DNA from: Verrucomicrobiota bacterium
GTDB taxonomy: Bacteria > Verrucomicrobiota > Verrucomicrobiia > Limisphaerales > UBA11358
Assembly (NCBI GenBank): GCA_049509875.1
Contig: JBEKZM010000016.1
Location: forward strand, 5,357-69,356
DNA length: 64,000 nt
Direction of reading: 5' to 3'
Position 1 is the first letter of the stretch; every line of letters starts with the position of its first letter. Below are positions 17,413 through 26,659 of this stretch, piece after piece. The position numbers and the translations under genes are program-made. Under the pieces are notes generated by a model. It was not told the origin of the DNA and searched no databases. It was given only the letters and a program-made list of their open reading frames with translations.

Positions 17413-19440
17413 ATGCCTGAAACTGTTCAAACCACCATCGCGAAGCTTTTTCAAGATGACAAGCCGGCGGCGCCGTCGCGCCTGTTCTCCTGGCGGCTGA
17501 TTCAACGGCGGCAACTTCCGTTTCTGCTGTTGCCAATTGCGCCCGCGAACCCGCGCGTCAGCCTGGCCCTCTATTCCGCCCAACGGCGGCGGGCGAAAAT
17601 CTGGCGCGCCGCTTTGCCGCTGGTGTTGGGGACACCGGCGGCGGCGGTCTTCCACCGGATTGACTTCCAAGCCAGCGGCGCTTCGCGGATGATCCGCTTT
17701 TTGTCGGACCAATCCGGGGTGCCGGTGGACCTTCTCCCCACGCCAGCCATCAAATTTGGCGGGCTGGCCTGTGAAAGGTCACGGCTGGTGTTGCTGGTTT
17801 GCGACCAGACCAATCGCCCCATTAAAGTCGTCAAAATTGGACTGGACGCCGTTGGCCGCGCCACCACCGAGCGCGAGGCCGACCTGTTGGAAATGCTTCC
17901 CGCCAATATGCTTGGCGGCGTTCGCATCACCGGCCGGATCGCCACGCCCATGCTGTCCGCGTTTGCCACGGACTATTTTCCAGGCGACAGTCCCGAAAAT
18001 GATCTCGGGATGGAAATACTCTTTCATGCTTGGATCAATCCAGGTCCGGCGATTCCTCTGGAAAGTCTGGAGATCTGGCGCCTGCTCGACGCCCAGGCCG
18101 CCGACGCCGCGCCCGCGGCCTGGCGGGCGCTGCGGCCGGCCCTCGCTGGCAGAAGCCTTCGCACGACCCTGTACCACGGGGATTTTGCTCCTTGGAACAT
18201 CCGCGCCGTCAACTCACGACAGTTGCAGGCGTTCGACTGGGAGCGTGCCCATCTGCAGGGCATTCCCGGCTGGGACTGGTTCCATTTTGTCGTGCAGACG
18301 TCGATATTGGCGCGACGGCATTCTGTGGAACGAGTGGCTGCGGAATTGGAAGATCTGCTCCAGTCACCGCGCTTCCAAAAATATGCCGAGGATGCCGGCA
18401 TCCAAGCGACCATCAAGCCGCTCGCGCTGGCCTACCTCCTCCACCACCGCTGGGTCTTCAAGCCCCTGGATGGCCTCCAAAGGGTCGAGGAACTGTTCGA
18501 ATTGCTCTCGGAACGATGGGGCTTTTTGCCGCCGCCGGACCACCGCGGCGCGCCGGCGCGCGCCCGCGTCCTGGTACCGGCTTCGCCCGCCCCGGGGCTG
18601 TGGGCCGATGCTCTGGTGCAATTGAAATCCGCCTGGTCTCAACTAGCCAACGTGTTCTGGGAACCGCAGTTGATTGCCGTCAAACAACCCTCGCGTTCGG
18701 TGCTGTCGAAATACGCCGTCATTCTGTTCTGCAGTGCTTGGTTGGCGGGGTCGGCCGGCCTGCAATATTTTTACGCCCGCCATGTTTCATTGCTGCCGGT
18801 TTTCGCCGTCCCCTGCTTGTTGGCAAGCTGGCGAATTAATCGCAACTGGGGGACGCTCTTCGCCGTCGCCGCGGCGGTGGCGGGCCCCTTGATCGCGGCG
18901 GCCAAGGATCCGGGCATTCGCGTGGCTGGTCTGCTCTGGTGGAATGGGATGACGCGCTTCATTATACTGCAGATGTGCGTGTTTCTCGCGGATCGCATTC
19001 ACCAGCAGCAGGATTTTTTTGACGAACTGGTGCTGCCGCGCAGCCGGCCGGCGAACTTTCGCCGAAACTGGGCGATCCTTTTGGTAAGCGCCCTGTGGTT
19101 TTTCGCCATCGCCTGGGGCGATATTCGGACCGGCCCGCGCGTCTCCTTCCTGGCGCTGTACCTTTTTCCGGCCATGCTGGTCACGCTGTTTCTGAACCTT
19201 GGCTGGGGCGCCTTCATGGCGTTGCTGGGCGCGCTGGTGGCCTCCATCGACGAGTATGCGTCCCACTATAATGTCAGCCTTCTAAAGGTCTTCCTGTGGA
19301 ATTTTCCAATGCGGTTCTTGATGTTATTCGTGGTCATCCTGCTGCTCAACCGATTGCGGCACGACAACGTCCTGTTTGGCGCCCGGGGCTCCGACGAGGG
19401 TTCGAGATCGCCGAATTCCTCCAAGAATGGTCCGGTATGA
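17413..19440 (+). CDS. APH/choline-kinase/LPS-kinase-like phosphotransferase fused to an internally duplicated multi-TM domain
   Basis: Kinase-fold landmarks are IKVVKIG (beta3 Lys), EREADLLEML (alphaC Glu), the catalytic loop YHGDFAPWN and the metal-binding AFDWERA. The C-terminal ~230 aa contain about 8 hydrophobic helices in two homologous halves. Confidence 0.65.
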   Translation: MPETVQTTIAKLFQDDKPAAPSRLFSWRLIQRRQLPFLLLPIAPANPRVSLALYSAQRRRAKIWRAALPLVLGTPAAAVFHRIDFQASGASRMIRFLSDQSGVPVDLLPTPAIKFGGLACERSRLVLLVCDQTNRPIKVVKIGLDAVGRATTEREADLLEMLPANMLGGVRITGRIATPMLSAFATDYFPGDSPENDLGMEILFHAWINPGPAIPLESLEIWRLLDAQAADAAPAAWRALRPALAGRSLRTTLYHGDFAPWNIRAVNSRQLQAFDWERAHLQGIPGWDWFHFVVQTSILARRHSVERVAAELEDLLQSPRFQKYAEDAGIQATIKPLALAYLLHHRWVFKPLDGLQRVEELFELLSERWGFLPPPDHRGAPARARVLVPASPAPGLWADALVQLKSAWSQLANVFWEPQLIAVKQPSRSVLSKYAVILFCSAWLAGSAGLQYFYARHVSLLPVFAVPCLLASWRINRNWGTLFAVAAAVAGPLIAAAKDPGIRVAGLLWWNGMTRFIILQMCVFLADRIHQQQDFFDELVLPRSRPANFRRNWAILLVSALWFFAIAWGDIRTGPRVSFLALYLFPAMLVTLFLNLGWGAFMALLGALVASIDEYASHYNVSLLKVFLWNFPMRFLMLFVVILLLNRLRHDNVLFGARGSDEGSRSPNSSKNGPV

Positions 19441-22082
19441 GAGGCTGGGCGCTGGGACTTCTGCTGGCCTCGCTGGCTGCGCGCGCCGAGCCGGCCACCG
19501 ATCTCGCCGGCACGTTTGATGCCACGACGGACAGCGTGGGGCTGCACATGGACGGGCGGTTCATCACGCCGGCGAACCAGATTCTTTCGCCCGCCGGGTA
19601 CCAGTTTGAGATCCCAGCCATCCGTCCGCACGCGCTGGCCTTGAGCCCCAATCGCCGATTGCTGGTGGTGGCCGGCCAGACACACGAATTGCTCGTGCTG
19701 GCGACGGCCACCGGGAAGCTGCTTCAGCATGTGCCGCTGCCCTTAGGCCAGGCCTCCGACGGAACGCCCCTGGCCGCCGGCATCCTGGATCCGGATCCTC
19801 GCGCTCAGTTGGGCTTCGCGGGGCTGGCCTTTTCGCCGGATGGGTCGCGCCTCTATCTGTCCAACGTCAACGGCGACGTCAAGGTTTTCGCGGTGAACGG
19901 GGACCACCAGGTTTCGCCGTTGGCCTCCTTCGCGCTGCCGTCGGCGAACGCCCCTGGCCGCAAGGCGGAAATTCCGGCCGGCATCGCTGTTTCTCCGGAT
20001 GGACGGAAGGTCTATGTCGCGCTGAACCTTTCCAATGGGTTGGCCGAATTGGACGCGGCAACCGGCAAAATTCTGCGCACTTGGAAGGTAGGCGTGGCGC
20101 CCTTGGATGTGGTGTTGGCCGGCAAAAAGGCCTACGTGAGCAACTGGGGCGGGCGCCGCCCGCAGGCCGGCGATGCCGTTGGGCCGGCCGGCCTCGGCAC
20201 GCTCGTGCGCGTGGACTCGCGATCCATCGCCCGCGAGGGATCGGTGTCGGTGATCGATCTCGTCGGTACCAATGGTACGGAAATCGTGACCGGCCAGCAT
20301 GCGTGCGCATTGGCGCCAACCCCGGACGGAAAATATGTGGCCGTGGCCAACGCCGGCAGCGACACGGTGAGCGTCATCGCCACGAGTACGGATCAGATTG
20401 TGGAGACGATCTGTGCCCGCCAAAATCCGGGCGATCCATTTGGGGCCCAGCCCAATGCCCTGGCTTTTGGCTCGTCTGGAAACCGGCTCTATGTTTGCAA
20501 CGGCACGCAAAATGCCGTGGCGGTTTTTCAATTCAAGCCCGGTGCCTCCACCCTGCTTGGTTTGATTCCGGCCGGCTGGTTTCCCGCTGCCATTGCCTGC
20601 AATTCCCGGAACGACCGGCTGTATGTGGCCAACCTTAAGGACCTGGGTCCGGCCAACACCAAACTGGCCGGCGCCCGCGATTTTTGCACGATTTCGATGA
20701 TTGCCATTCCGTCGGCCAAACAACTGGCTAAATTGACGCAAGCGGCTCTGGCGAACCTGCGGTATCCCTTGTTGGCGCAGGCCAACCTGCCGGTCCGTAA
20801 CGATCAACCACCGCGCCCGGTTCCCGAACGCGTCGGCGAGCCCTGCGTGTTTCAGCATGTCGTTTATATCATCAAAGAGAACCGCACGTATGACCAGGTG
20901 CTGGGGGATGTGAGAACGGGGAACGGTGACGCGGCCATTTGCAATTTTGGCCGGCGCGTTACGCCCAATGAACACAAGCTGGTGGGGGATTTTGTGCTGC
21001 TGGACAACACCTACTGTTCCGGCTTGTGCAGCGCCGACGGCCATCAATGGACCGATACCGCGATGGCCTCGGATTACATCGAGCGCGCCTTCGGCGCGTG
21101 GCCGCGAAGCTATCCCTGCGGCGGCTTCGGCCCGGCCAACCGGGATGCGCTGGCGTTTTCGTCGGCTGGATTCATCTGGAACGACGCGCTCCGACATGGC
21201 AAAACATTCCGGGACTACGGGGAATATGCCTCGCCGACCACGCATTGGACCGGGCCGCTGCCCAAAGACGGCGTGAACTGGCTGGGCATTTATCACGATT
21301 TTCTCGACCAAACGGGTCACGCAGTTGTGGGCTGCGACCCGGACGTGGAATCGTTGCGTCCTTATCTGGATACCAACACCGTCGGCTGGGACCTGAACGT
21401 GCCGGATGTTGTCCGGGCGGCGGAATTTTCCAGGGAATTGAAACAATTCGCGCACGCCGGCAATTTCCCCAATTTGGTGATGATTTGGCTGCCCAATGAT
21501 CACACCAGCGGCACGGCCTACGGCGCGCCCACGCCGGCGGCGCAGGTGGCGGATAACGACCTGGCGCTGGGGCGGATCGTGGAGGCAATCAGCCACAGCT
21601 CCTGTTGGACGAATACCTGCGTCTTTGCCGTGGAAGACGATGCCTCGTCCGGATGGGACCACGTCAGTGGCTACCGTACGACGGCCTATGTGGCCAGTCC
21701 CTTCACCCGACGGCACGTCACCGTCAGCACCCAGTACAATCAAACCAGCCTGCTGCGCACCATGGAGTTGATGTTGGGGCTGCCGCCGTTGAACCAGATG
21801 GATGCCACCGCCACCCCCATGTTCGATTGTTTCACCAACACCCCTGATTTTACGGCCTACAGCGCCGTGACGAATTTCGTGCCGCTGGATGAAATGAATC
21901 CCCCGCCTGCAAAAATCGCCGACGCACAACTGCGGAAAGACGCGCGTGAATCCGCCCGCCTGCCGCTCGCCAAGGCGGACCAATGTCCAGAGGATCTAAT
22001 TAACCACATCCTCTGGCGCGCCACCATGGGCACGCAGAACCCTTATCCTGATTGGGCCGTGAAACTGCCGCCGGATGATTGA
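19437..22082 (+). CDS. secreted bifunctional YncE-like beta-propeller / phosphoesterase (PLC/AcpA family) protein
   Basis: The ATG at 19437 gives the signal peptide MRGWALGLLLASLAARA and overlaps the upstream stop (ATGA). Repeated propeller blades follow (LALSPNRRLLVVAG, LAFSPDGSRLYLSN, IAVSPDGRKVYVA, LAPTPDGKYVAVAN). The phosphoesterase motifs are HVVYIIKENRTYDQVLGD and LPNDHTSG. Confidence 0.8.
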   Translation: MRGWALGLLLASLAARAEPATDLAGTFDATTDSVGLHMDGRFITPANQILSPAGYQFEIPAIRPHALALSPNRRLLVVAGQTHELLVLATATGKLLQHVPLPLGQASDGTPLAAGILDPDPRAQLGFAGLAFSPDGSRLYLSNVNGDVKVFAVNGDHQVSPLASFALPSANAPGRKAEIPAGIAVSPDGRKVYVALNLSNGLAELDAATGKILRTWKVGVAPLDVVLAGKKAYVSNWGGRRPQAGDAVGPAGLGTLVRVDSRSIAREGSVSVIDLVGTNGTEIVTGQHACALAPTPDGKYVAVANAGSDTVSVIATSTDQIVETICARQNPGDPFGAQPNALAFGSSGNRLYVCNGTQNAVAVFQFKPGASTLLGLIPAGWFPAAIACNSRNDRLYVANLKDLGPANTKLAGARDFCTISMIAIPSAKQLAKLTQAALANLRYPLLAQANLPVRNDQPPRPVPERVGEPCVFQHVVYIIKENRTYDQVLGDVRTGNGDAAICNFGRRVTPNEHKLVGDFVLLDNTYCSGLCSADGHQWTDTAMASDYIERAFGAWPRSYPCGGFGPANRDALAFSSAGFIWNDALRHGKTFRDYGEYASPTTHWTGPLPKDGVNWLGIYHDFLDQTGHAVVGCDPDVESLRPYLDTNTVGWDLNVPDVVRAAEFSRELKQFAHAGNFPNLVMIWLPNDHTSGTAYGAPTPAAQVADNDLALGRIVEAISHSSCWTNTCVFAVEDDASSGWDHVSGYRTTAYVASPFTRRHVTVSTQYNQTSLLRTMELMLGLPPLNQMDATATPMFDCFTNTPDFTAYSAVTNFVPLDEMNPPPAKIADAQLRKDARESARLPLAKADQCPEDLINHILWRATMGTQNPYPDWAVKLPPDD

Positions 22083-22085
22083 GGA

Positions 22086-24437
22086 TTACGGCAAAACCAG
22101 CCCGGCCCGATAAAACATCCCTGAACTGTTTGTGGTGCTGAAGAGGAATCTGAACGAATTGGTGGCGAGCGTGTTGGTGCTCACGATGGCCCAGGTGGAG
22201 AGATTGGTGGACGATTGCACGGTGTAGCTCTGTCCGCCTTGCCCGTCCAGCCAGAATTCCATCTGGTGCGGCGGCGCGTTGGTGCCGGGCCGCAGCCACA
22301 GATTCTTAACGGTGGGCAGCACAAACAACGTAATGCTCTGGGCCGGCAACAGGTTGCTGACCACGCCGCCGGAGTAGGAGACATCGGCCAGCCGGCTGAT
22401 GATGTTGCCCGCCGTGATCTGCCAGGCCTGCGCCGAGCCGCTGTTGGCAAAGTTGGTGACGTTTATCGCCATCGGGGTAAAGCCGCTCAACGTCTTGTTG
22501 ATGACCATGACGGTGAGCGCGCTGTCGTTGGTGCGGATGGCTGCGAAGGCCGAGAGACCGTCCGGGTCGGGAACGGCCGCCAGGACGCTGGCGTCGCCAA
22601 AGGCAGATTTGTGGCCGTCATAATTGCGGTAAATCTCCATGGCCAGGTAGGTCGGCGTGTTGGATGCGGGGGTTGTCCAGCGCGTGGCCAGATCCAGTCC
22701 CTCGCGGCCAAAAATGCCCAGGAGGTCCGCCTGCGCGGTGGCGCCATTGATGAAGGCCTCGGCGCCCCAGTTGTATTCCGTTATCCCGATCTTGGTGCCG
22801 GGGTAGTAATTGGACACCCAGCCTTTCATCCGGGGTATGAGCATCAGGATGTTGTTCGCGGGTTGCTGCCCGATCCAGCTTTGATCCACGTAATTCGTGT
22901 CCCACAGTTGGCGCGTGGATTCGTTGCGGAGGGTTTCGGTCGCGGGCGAAACATCGTCCCCGTACTCGCCACCCTGCGGGTAGCAATGCAGCGTGAAATA
23001 ATCCAGCAGTCGTTGCCCGTTGTTCGAATCGTGCAGGTGAAGCTGGTTCAACAGCCAGGGCATGTAATCCCAGCCGCCGTTGGCGGCGCGGTCAGGATAA
23101 TCCGCCGTGTTGTAATCGCCGTGCTGGCCGGACCATTGCTGGTCGAAGCCACTGAAAAAATAGCCAGACCACCCGAACTCCTCCGGCGCACAGACGAGCG
23201 TAGCGGGGTCGTTCGATTTGACCATGCTGGCGTAGTCCAGAATCTTCCCCAGAATTTCCTGCATCGTCGGGCCGATGGGATGGACGTCCTGGTGTGTGGA
23301 GAACCAGATGCTGTGTTCGTTGTCCATGATGTAGTACTGCACGCCGCCGTTGGTGGAGGCGCCCCACTGCCCCAGCAAATGCTGCACGAAGGTTTGTTGA
23401 AACGCCGAATTCGTGGGGAAATTGGCATCATTGGGATCGTTGTTCGTAATCGCCACGCCCGTGGTGGCGGAGATGCCGTTGCCGGCGTCTGGATAATAAG
23501 GATCGGTCCCCGTCTGGGCGCCGTATTTGGCCACCGAATAACTGGGGATGAGGGCGCGGTTGGCACTCAGTTTCGGCATCCAGCCGATCATGGGTATGGT
23601 GATCATGGGTTGGGCTCCGGCGGCTTCGCTATTCGCCACGAGGTCATCGGCCGTGGCGCCGGCGATGGCGCTGGCATCGGGGTAACTTTCAAAATACCAG
23701 TCGCTGGCCAGATTGTGCGCGTTGATCTGCCAGTTGTAGCGGGTCTCGCTGTTTCCACCGGACCGGTTGATCGTGAAATTCAAGGTATCCAGGTCGTTGG
23801 ACCCTGCAAACGCCAGGCCGTAAATCAGGGGGCTGATCGGGTGCCGGTTCGCCTGGGCATCCACCTGCACCGTCACCGTCGCGTTGGTCGGCGGCGGCGC
23901 GGATGCGCCGGATTGAAGGATGATATCGTCCACGTAAAACGTGGGCAGGGGCGCCCCGCCGACTCCCTGAATCCAGAAGCCGGTAAAGGTTGTTTGATTG
24001 GCGACGCCCAGGGCCGTCAGGGGGCAGTTGACCTGTTCCCACCGATTGGCCGGCAGCGGCCCGACCGTGATGGCCGCCTGCCCGTTGCCGTTCAGCATCG
24101 CCTGTACCTGAACCGTTTGTCCGCCGGTTCCGCCGTTGACCCAAAAGGTCAAATTCGTATAACTGCTCACGTCCATCGCGGAGACGTCGAGATAAAGCGC
24201 CTGCCAGTCGGTGGGGGAGTTGCTGGCGGTGACGCTGATGGAATGAGGCGGGCTGTGGACCGGGGTCGTATTGGCGAGATTGACGGCTGCCCAGCTCCAG
24301 TTCTGCCAGCTGGAGTTCAACGAATTGGTGTAAATAATCAGGTCAGCGTGTGCTGAAAAATGACTCATCCACAGCAGAGCGAGAAGCCCACACAATCGTC
24401 GGCCTCGGGTGATACGGTTTTGGCTTGGGAATGTCAT
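22086..24437 (-). CDS. secreted glycoside hydrolase family 44-like enzyme with N-terminal CBM-like and C-terminal beta-sandwich domains
   Basis: Signal peptide (LCGLLALLWMSHFSAHA). The GH44-type block is NRHPISPLIYGLAF...INRSGGNSETRYNWQINAHNLASDWYFES, followed by ITEYNWG. The ATG at 24437 is preferred as the start. Confidence 0.7.
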   Translation of the reverse strand: MTFPSQNRITRGRRLCGLLALLWMSHFSAHADLIIYTNSLNSSWQNWSWAAVNLANTTPVHSPPHSISVTASNSPTDWQALYLDVSAMDVSSYTNLTFWVNGGTGGQTVQVQAMLNGNGQAAITVGPLPANRWEQVNCPLTALGVANQTTFTGFWIQGVGGAPLPTFYVDDIILQSGASAPPPTNATVTVQVDAQANRHPISPLIYGLAFAGSNDLDTLNFTINRSGGNSETRYNWQINAHNLASDWYFESYPDASAIAGATADDLVANSEAAGAQPMITIPMIGWMPKLSANRALIPSYSVAKYGAQTGTDPYYPDAGNGISATTGVAITNNDPNDANFPTNSAFQQTFVQHLLGQWGASTNGGVQYYIMDNEHSIWFSTHQDVHPIGPTMQEILGKILDYASMVKSNDPATLVCAPEEFGWSGYFFSGFDQQWSGQHGDYNTADYPDRAANGGWDYMPWLLNQLHLHDSNNGQRLLDYFTLHCYPQGGEYGDDVSPATETLRNESTRQLWDTNYVDQSWIGQQPANNILMLIPRMKGWVSNYYPGTKIGITEYNWGAEAFINGATAQADLLGIFGREGLDLATRWTTPASNTPTYLAMEIYRNYDGHKSAFGDASVLAAVPDPDGLSAFAAIRTNDSALTVMVINKTLSGFTPMAINVTNFANSGSAQAWQITAGNIISRLADVSYSGGVVSNLLPAQSITLFVLPTVKNLWLRPGTNAPPHQMEFWLDGQGGQSYTVQSSTNLSTWAIVSTNTLATNSFRFLFSTTNSSGMFYRAGLVLP

Positions 24438-24528
24438 AGGAGCATCCACATACTACACCATAAATCGTGCCAGACCGTTTTTTTCAGTGAAACCTTGGCT
24501 GCCGATCCGTGTTAAATTGAATTTACGA

Positions 24529-24894
24529 ATGAAAATCTGGTTCGCCATCTTGCTGCTGGCCGCCGCCGGTTGCACCACCAAATCCACGGCGCGGTTGCGC
24601 GAGCAAAACGCCTATTTGGCCGGCCAGAACACTGTGCTGCAGCAGCACCAGGCCGTGGGCGAAGCCGACGCGCCGGGCGTCACCATCGTCGGGCTCGTCC
24701 AGCATCCCCATGTCCCCTGGGTCGCGGGACTCACCCTGGCGCAGGCGATCATCACCGCCAATTATGTGGGCCAGGACCAGCCCAACCAAATCGTCATCAC
24801 CCGCAATGGCGAAAGCGCCGTCCTGGATGCCAGCGTGCTGACGAACGGCCAGGACATAACCCTCGAAATCGGCGACACCGTTGAACTGCGCTGA
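24529..24894 (+). CDS. small lipoprotein with an SLBB (soluble-ligand-binding beta-grasp)-like domain
   Basis: The ATG at 24529 gives MKIWFAILLLAAAGC (lipobox AAGC). The C-terminal segment VTIVGLVQHPHVPWVAGLTLAQAI...DITLEIGDTVEL resembles polysaccharide-export SLBB domains. Confidence 0.55.
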   Translation: MKIWFAILLLAAAGCTTKSTARLREQNAYLAGQNTVLQQHQAVGEADAPGVTIVGLVQHPHVPWVAGLTLAQAIITANYVGQDQPNQIVITRNGESAVLDASVLTNGQDITLEIGDTVELR

Positions 24895-24905
24895 CGGCGG
24901 CAGCT

Positions 24906-25997
24906 TCACTGCCCGCGCGGCACCAGGTGGATTTGGGGGGCTTTAACCAGTGCCAGCACCGGAGAGCCCTCCTTCAGCCCCATCTCCAAGGACGCCTGCT
25001 TGGTCAGCACCGCGGTGAGCGGAAATCCGCAATCCAGTTCAATGCGCACCAGGGGCCCTTCGCTCACGACGGCGCGCACCACGGCGGGCAGGCGGTTGCG
25101 CGGGCTCGAATGCAACTCCGGGTCGATGGAGAGAATCACGTCCTCGGCCCGGATGCAGGCGAAAATGTCGGTCGTCCCCGGCGGCAGGTCATCGGCCATG
25201 GCCGTGAGCCGGGCGGCGCCCACGAGCAGGGTGGCCAGGCCGTCCTGCGATTCCACGACGCGCCCGGGCTGCACGGTTTCCACCGCCACGATGCCCGCCA
25301 CCGTTAGGTTCGCCGGCCGGCTGAACACCGTCTGCACGGGGCCGCGTTGGACCATGCACCCTTCGTCCAAGACCACCAGATCATCCCCCAGCGACAGCGC
25401 TTCCAGGCGGTCATGAGTGACGACCACGGTGGGAATGGCCAGTTGCCGCAGCAGCCGGCGCAATTCTCCCCGCAGCCGCTGGCGGGTGGGCGTGTCGAGG
25501 GCCGTGAGCGGTTCATCGAGCAGTAGCAATTTCGGGCGGCGCGCCATCGCGCGGGCCAGGGCCACCCGTTGTTGCTGCCCCCCCGAAATTTCCCCCGGCA
25601 ATCGGGATCCAAGGCCGTCCAGCCCCAGCCAGCCCAGCATTTCCTCCACGCGCGATTGCTTTTCCGCCGCGCTGCGCCCGTGCAGGCCATACGCGATGTT
25701 GGCTGCGACCGTCAGATGGGGAAACAGCGCATACTCCTGCGGCACGAAGCCGGTTTGGCGGTCCCTCGGGAGTGTCACATTTTTTCCGTCGGCAAACCAC
25801 GTTTGCGTCCCCCAGACGATTTCCCCGGCGTCCGGCTGTTCCAATCCGGCCAGGCAACGAAGGATGGTCGTTTTGCCCGAGCCCGATGGCCCGAACAAGA
25901 CCGTCACGCCCGAGGCGGCCACCTCGAAGGCGTCCGCCCGAATGACCGGGCCGCAGGCGAACTTCTTTGAAAAATTGGCTTGGAGAATCGGGTTCAT
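24906..25997 (-). CDS. modC: molybdate ABC transporter ATP-binding protein with a C-terminal TOBE/Mop domain
   Basis: Walker A GPSGSGKTT, ABC signature ISGGQQQRVALARA and Walker B LLLLDEP, plus a C-terminal TOBE-like beta domain. The ATG at 25997 overlaps the modB stop (25994-25997). Confidence 0.9.
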   Translation of the reverse strand: MNPILQANFSKKFACGPVIRADAFEVAASGVTVLFGPSGSGKTTILRCLAGLEQPDAGEIVWGTQTWFADGKNVTLPRDRQTGFVPQEYALFPHLTVAANIAYGLHGRSAAEKQSRVEEMLGWLGLDGLGSRLPGEISGGQQQRVALARAMARRPKLLLLDEPLTALDTPTRQRLRGELRRLLRQLAIPTVVVTHDRLEALSLGDDLVVLDEGCMVQRGPVQTVFSRPANLTVAGIVAVETVQPGRVVESQDGLATLLVGAARLTAMADDLPPGTTDIFACIRAEDVILSIDPELHSSPRNRLPAVVRAVVSEGPLVRIELDCGFPLTAVLTKQASLEMGLKEGSPVLALVKAPQIHLVPRGQ

Positions 25998-26659
25998 CTG
26001 CGCCTCCGGAAAAATCGCTCTGCGATCCAGAGCGCCAGAAACGCGATGACGGTGGAAATGCCCGCCAACGTCCAGGCATGCGCATCGTCGCCGATGAGGA
26101 CCGATGAATAGATCGCCACGGGGAGGGTGGTGGTGCGGCCGGGGATGTTCCCCGCCACCATGATGGTGGCCCCAAATTCGCCGAGCGCGCGGGCAAAGGC
26201 CAGCAGCACGCCCGCGAGAATCCCGCGCCGGGCCAACGGCATTGTGATCGTCATCAGCACTCGCCACTCGCCCGCGCCGAGCGTGCGCGCAATCTGTTCC
26301 AGCGCCGGGTTGACGTCTTCAATGGCCGCCCGTGCGAACAGGACCAACAGGGGAAATGACATCGCTCCCAGTGCCAGCACGACCGCCTTCCACGTGAAGA
26401 CCACATCCACTCCGAACTGCGCATGCAGCCAGCGTCCCAGCGGACCATGCAACCCAAAGAGTTGCAACAGCACCAACCCTGTCACCACGGGCGGCAGCAC
26501 CAGCGGCAGCGAGACCAGCGTTTCGACGAACGCCTTGCCCGGCCATTGGCGTCGCGCCAGCACCCAGGCCAGCAGGACGCCCGGCGGCAAAATAAGCAGC
26601 GTGCTGCAGACCGCCATCCGCGCCGAAAAGGCCACGATCTGCCAGTCGCTGCCAGTCAT
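25994..26659 (-). CDS. modB: molybdate ABC transporter permease
   Basis: From MTGSDWQ onward it aligns by eye along its full length with E. coli ModB (PGKAFVETLVSLPLVLPPVVTG, the EAA loop EQIARTLGAGEWRVLMTITMP, LAFARALGEFGAT). Confidence 0.9.
   Translation of the reverse strand: MTGSDWQIVAFSARMAVCSTLLILPPGVLLAWVLARRQWPGKAFVETLVSLPLVLPPVVTGLVLLQLFGLHGPLGRWLHAQFGVDVVFTWKAVVLALGAMSFPLLVLFARAAIEDVNPALEQIARTLGAGEWRVLMTITMPLARRGILAGVLLAFARALGEFGATIMVAGNIPGRTTTLPVAIYSSVLIGDDAHAWTLAGISTVIAFLALWIAERFFRRRR

Noticed and set aside
19743-21983. 746-aa minus-strand ORF opposite the propeller-phosphoesterase gene
   Set aside because: Same artefact class. It is Arg/Gly/Ala-rich with no recognisable domain, while the plus-strand frame carries a signal peptide, propeller blades and phosphoesterase motifs.
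22215-24356. 713-aa plus-strand ORF opposite the GH44-like gene
   Set aside because: It is antisense to a motif-bearing CAZyme. Its composition is typical of non-coding frames in GC-rich DNA.
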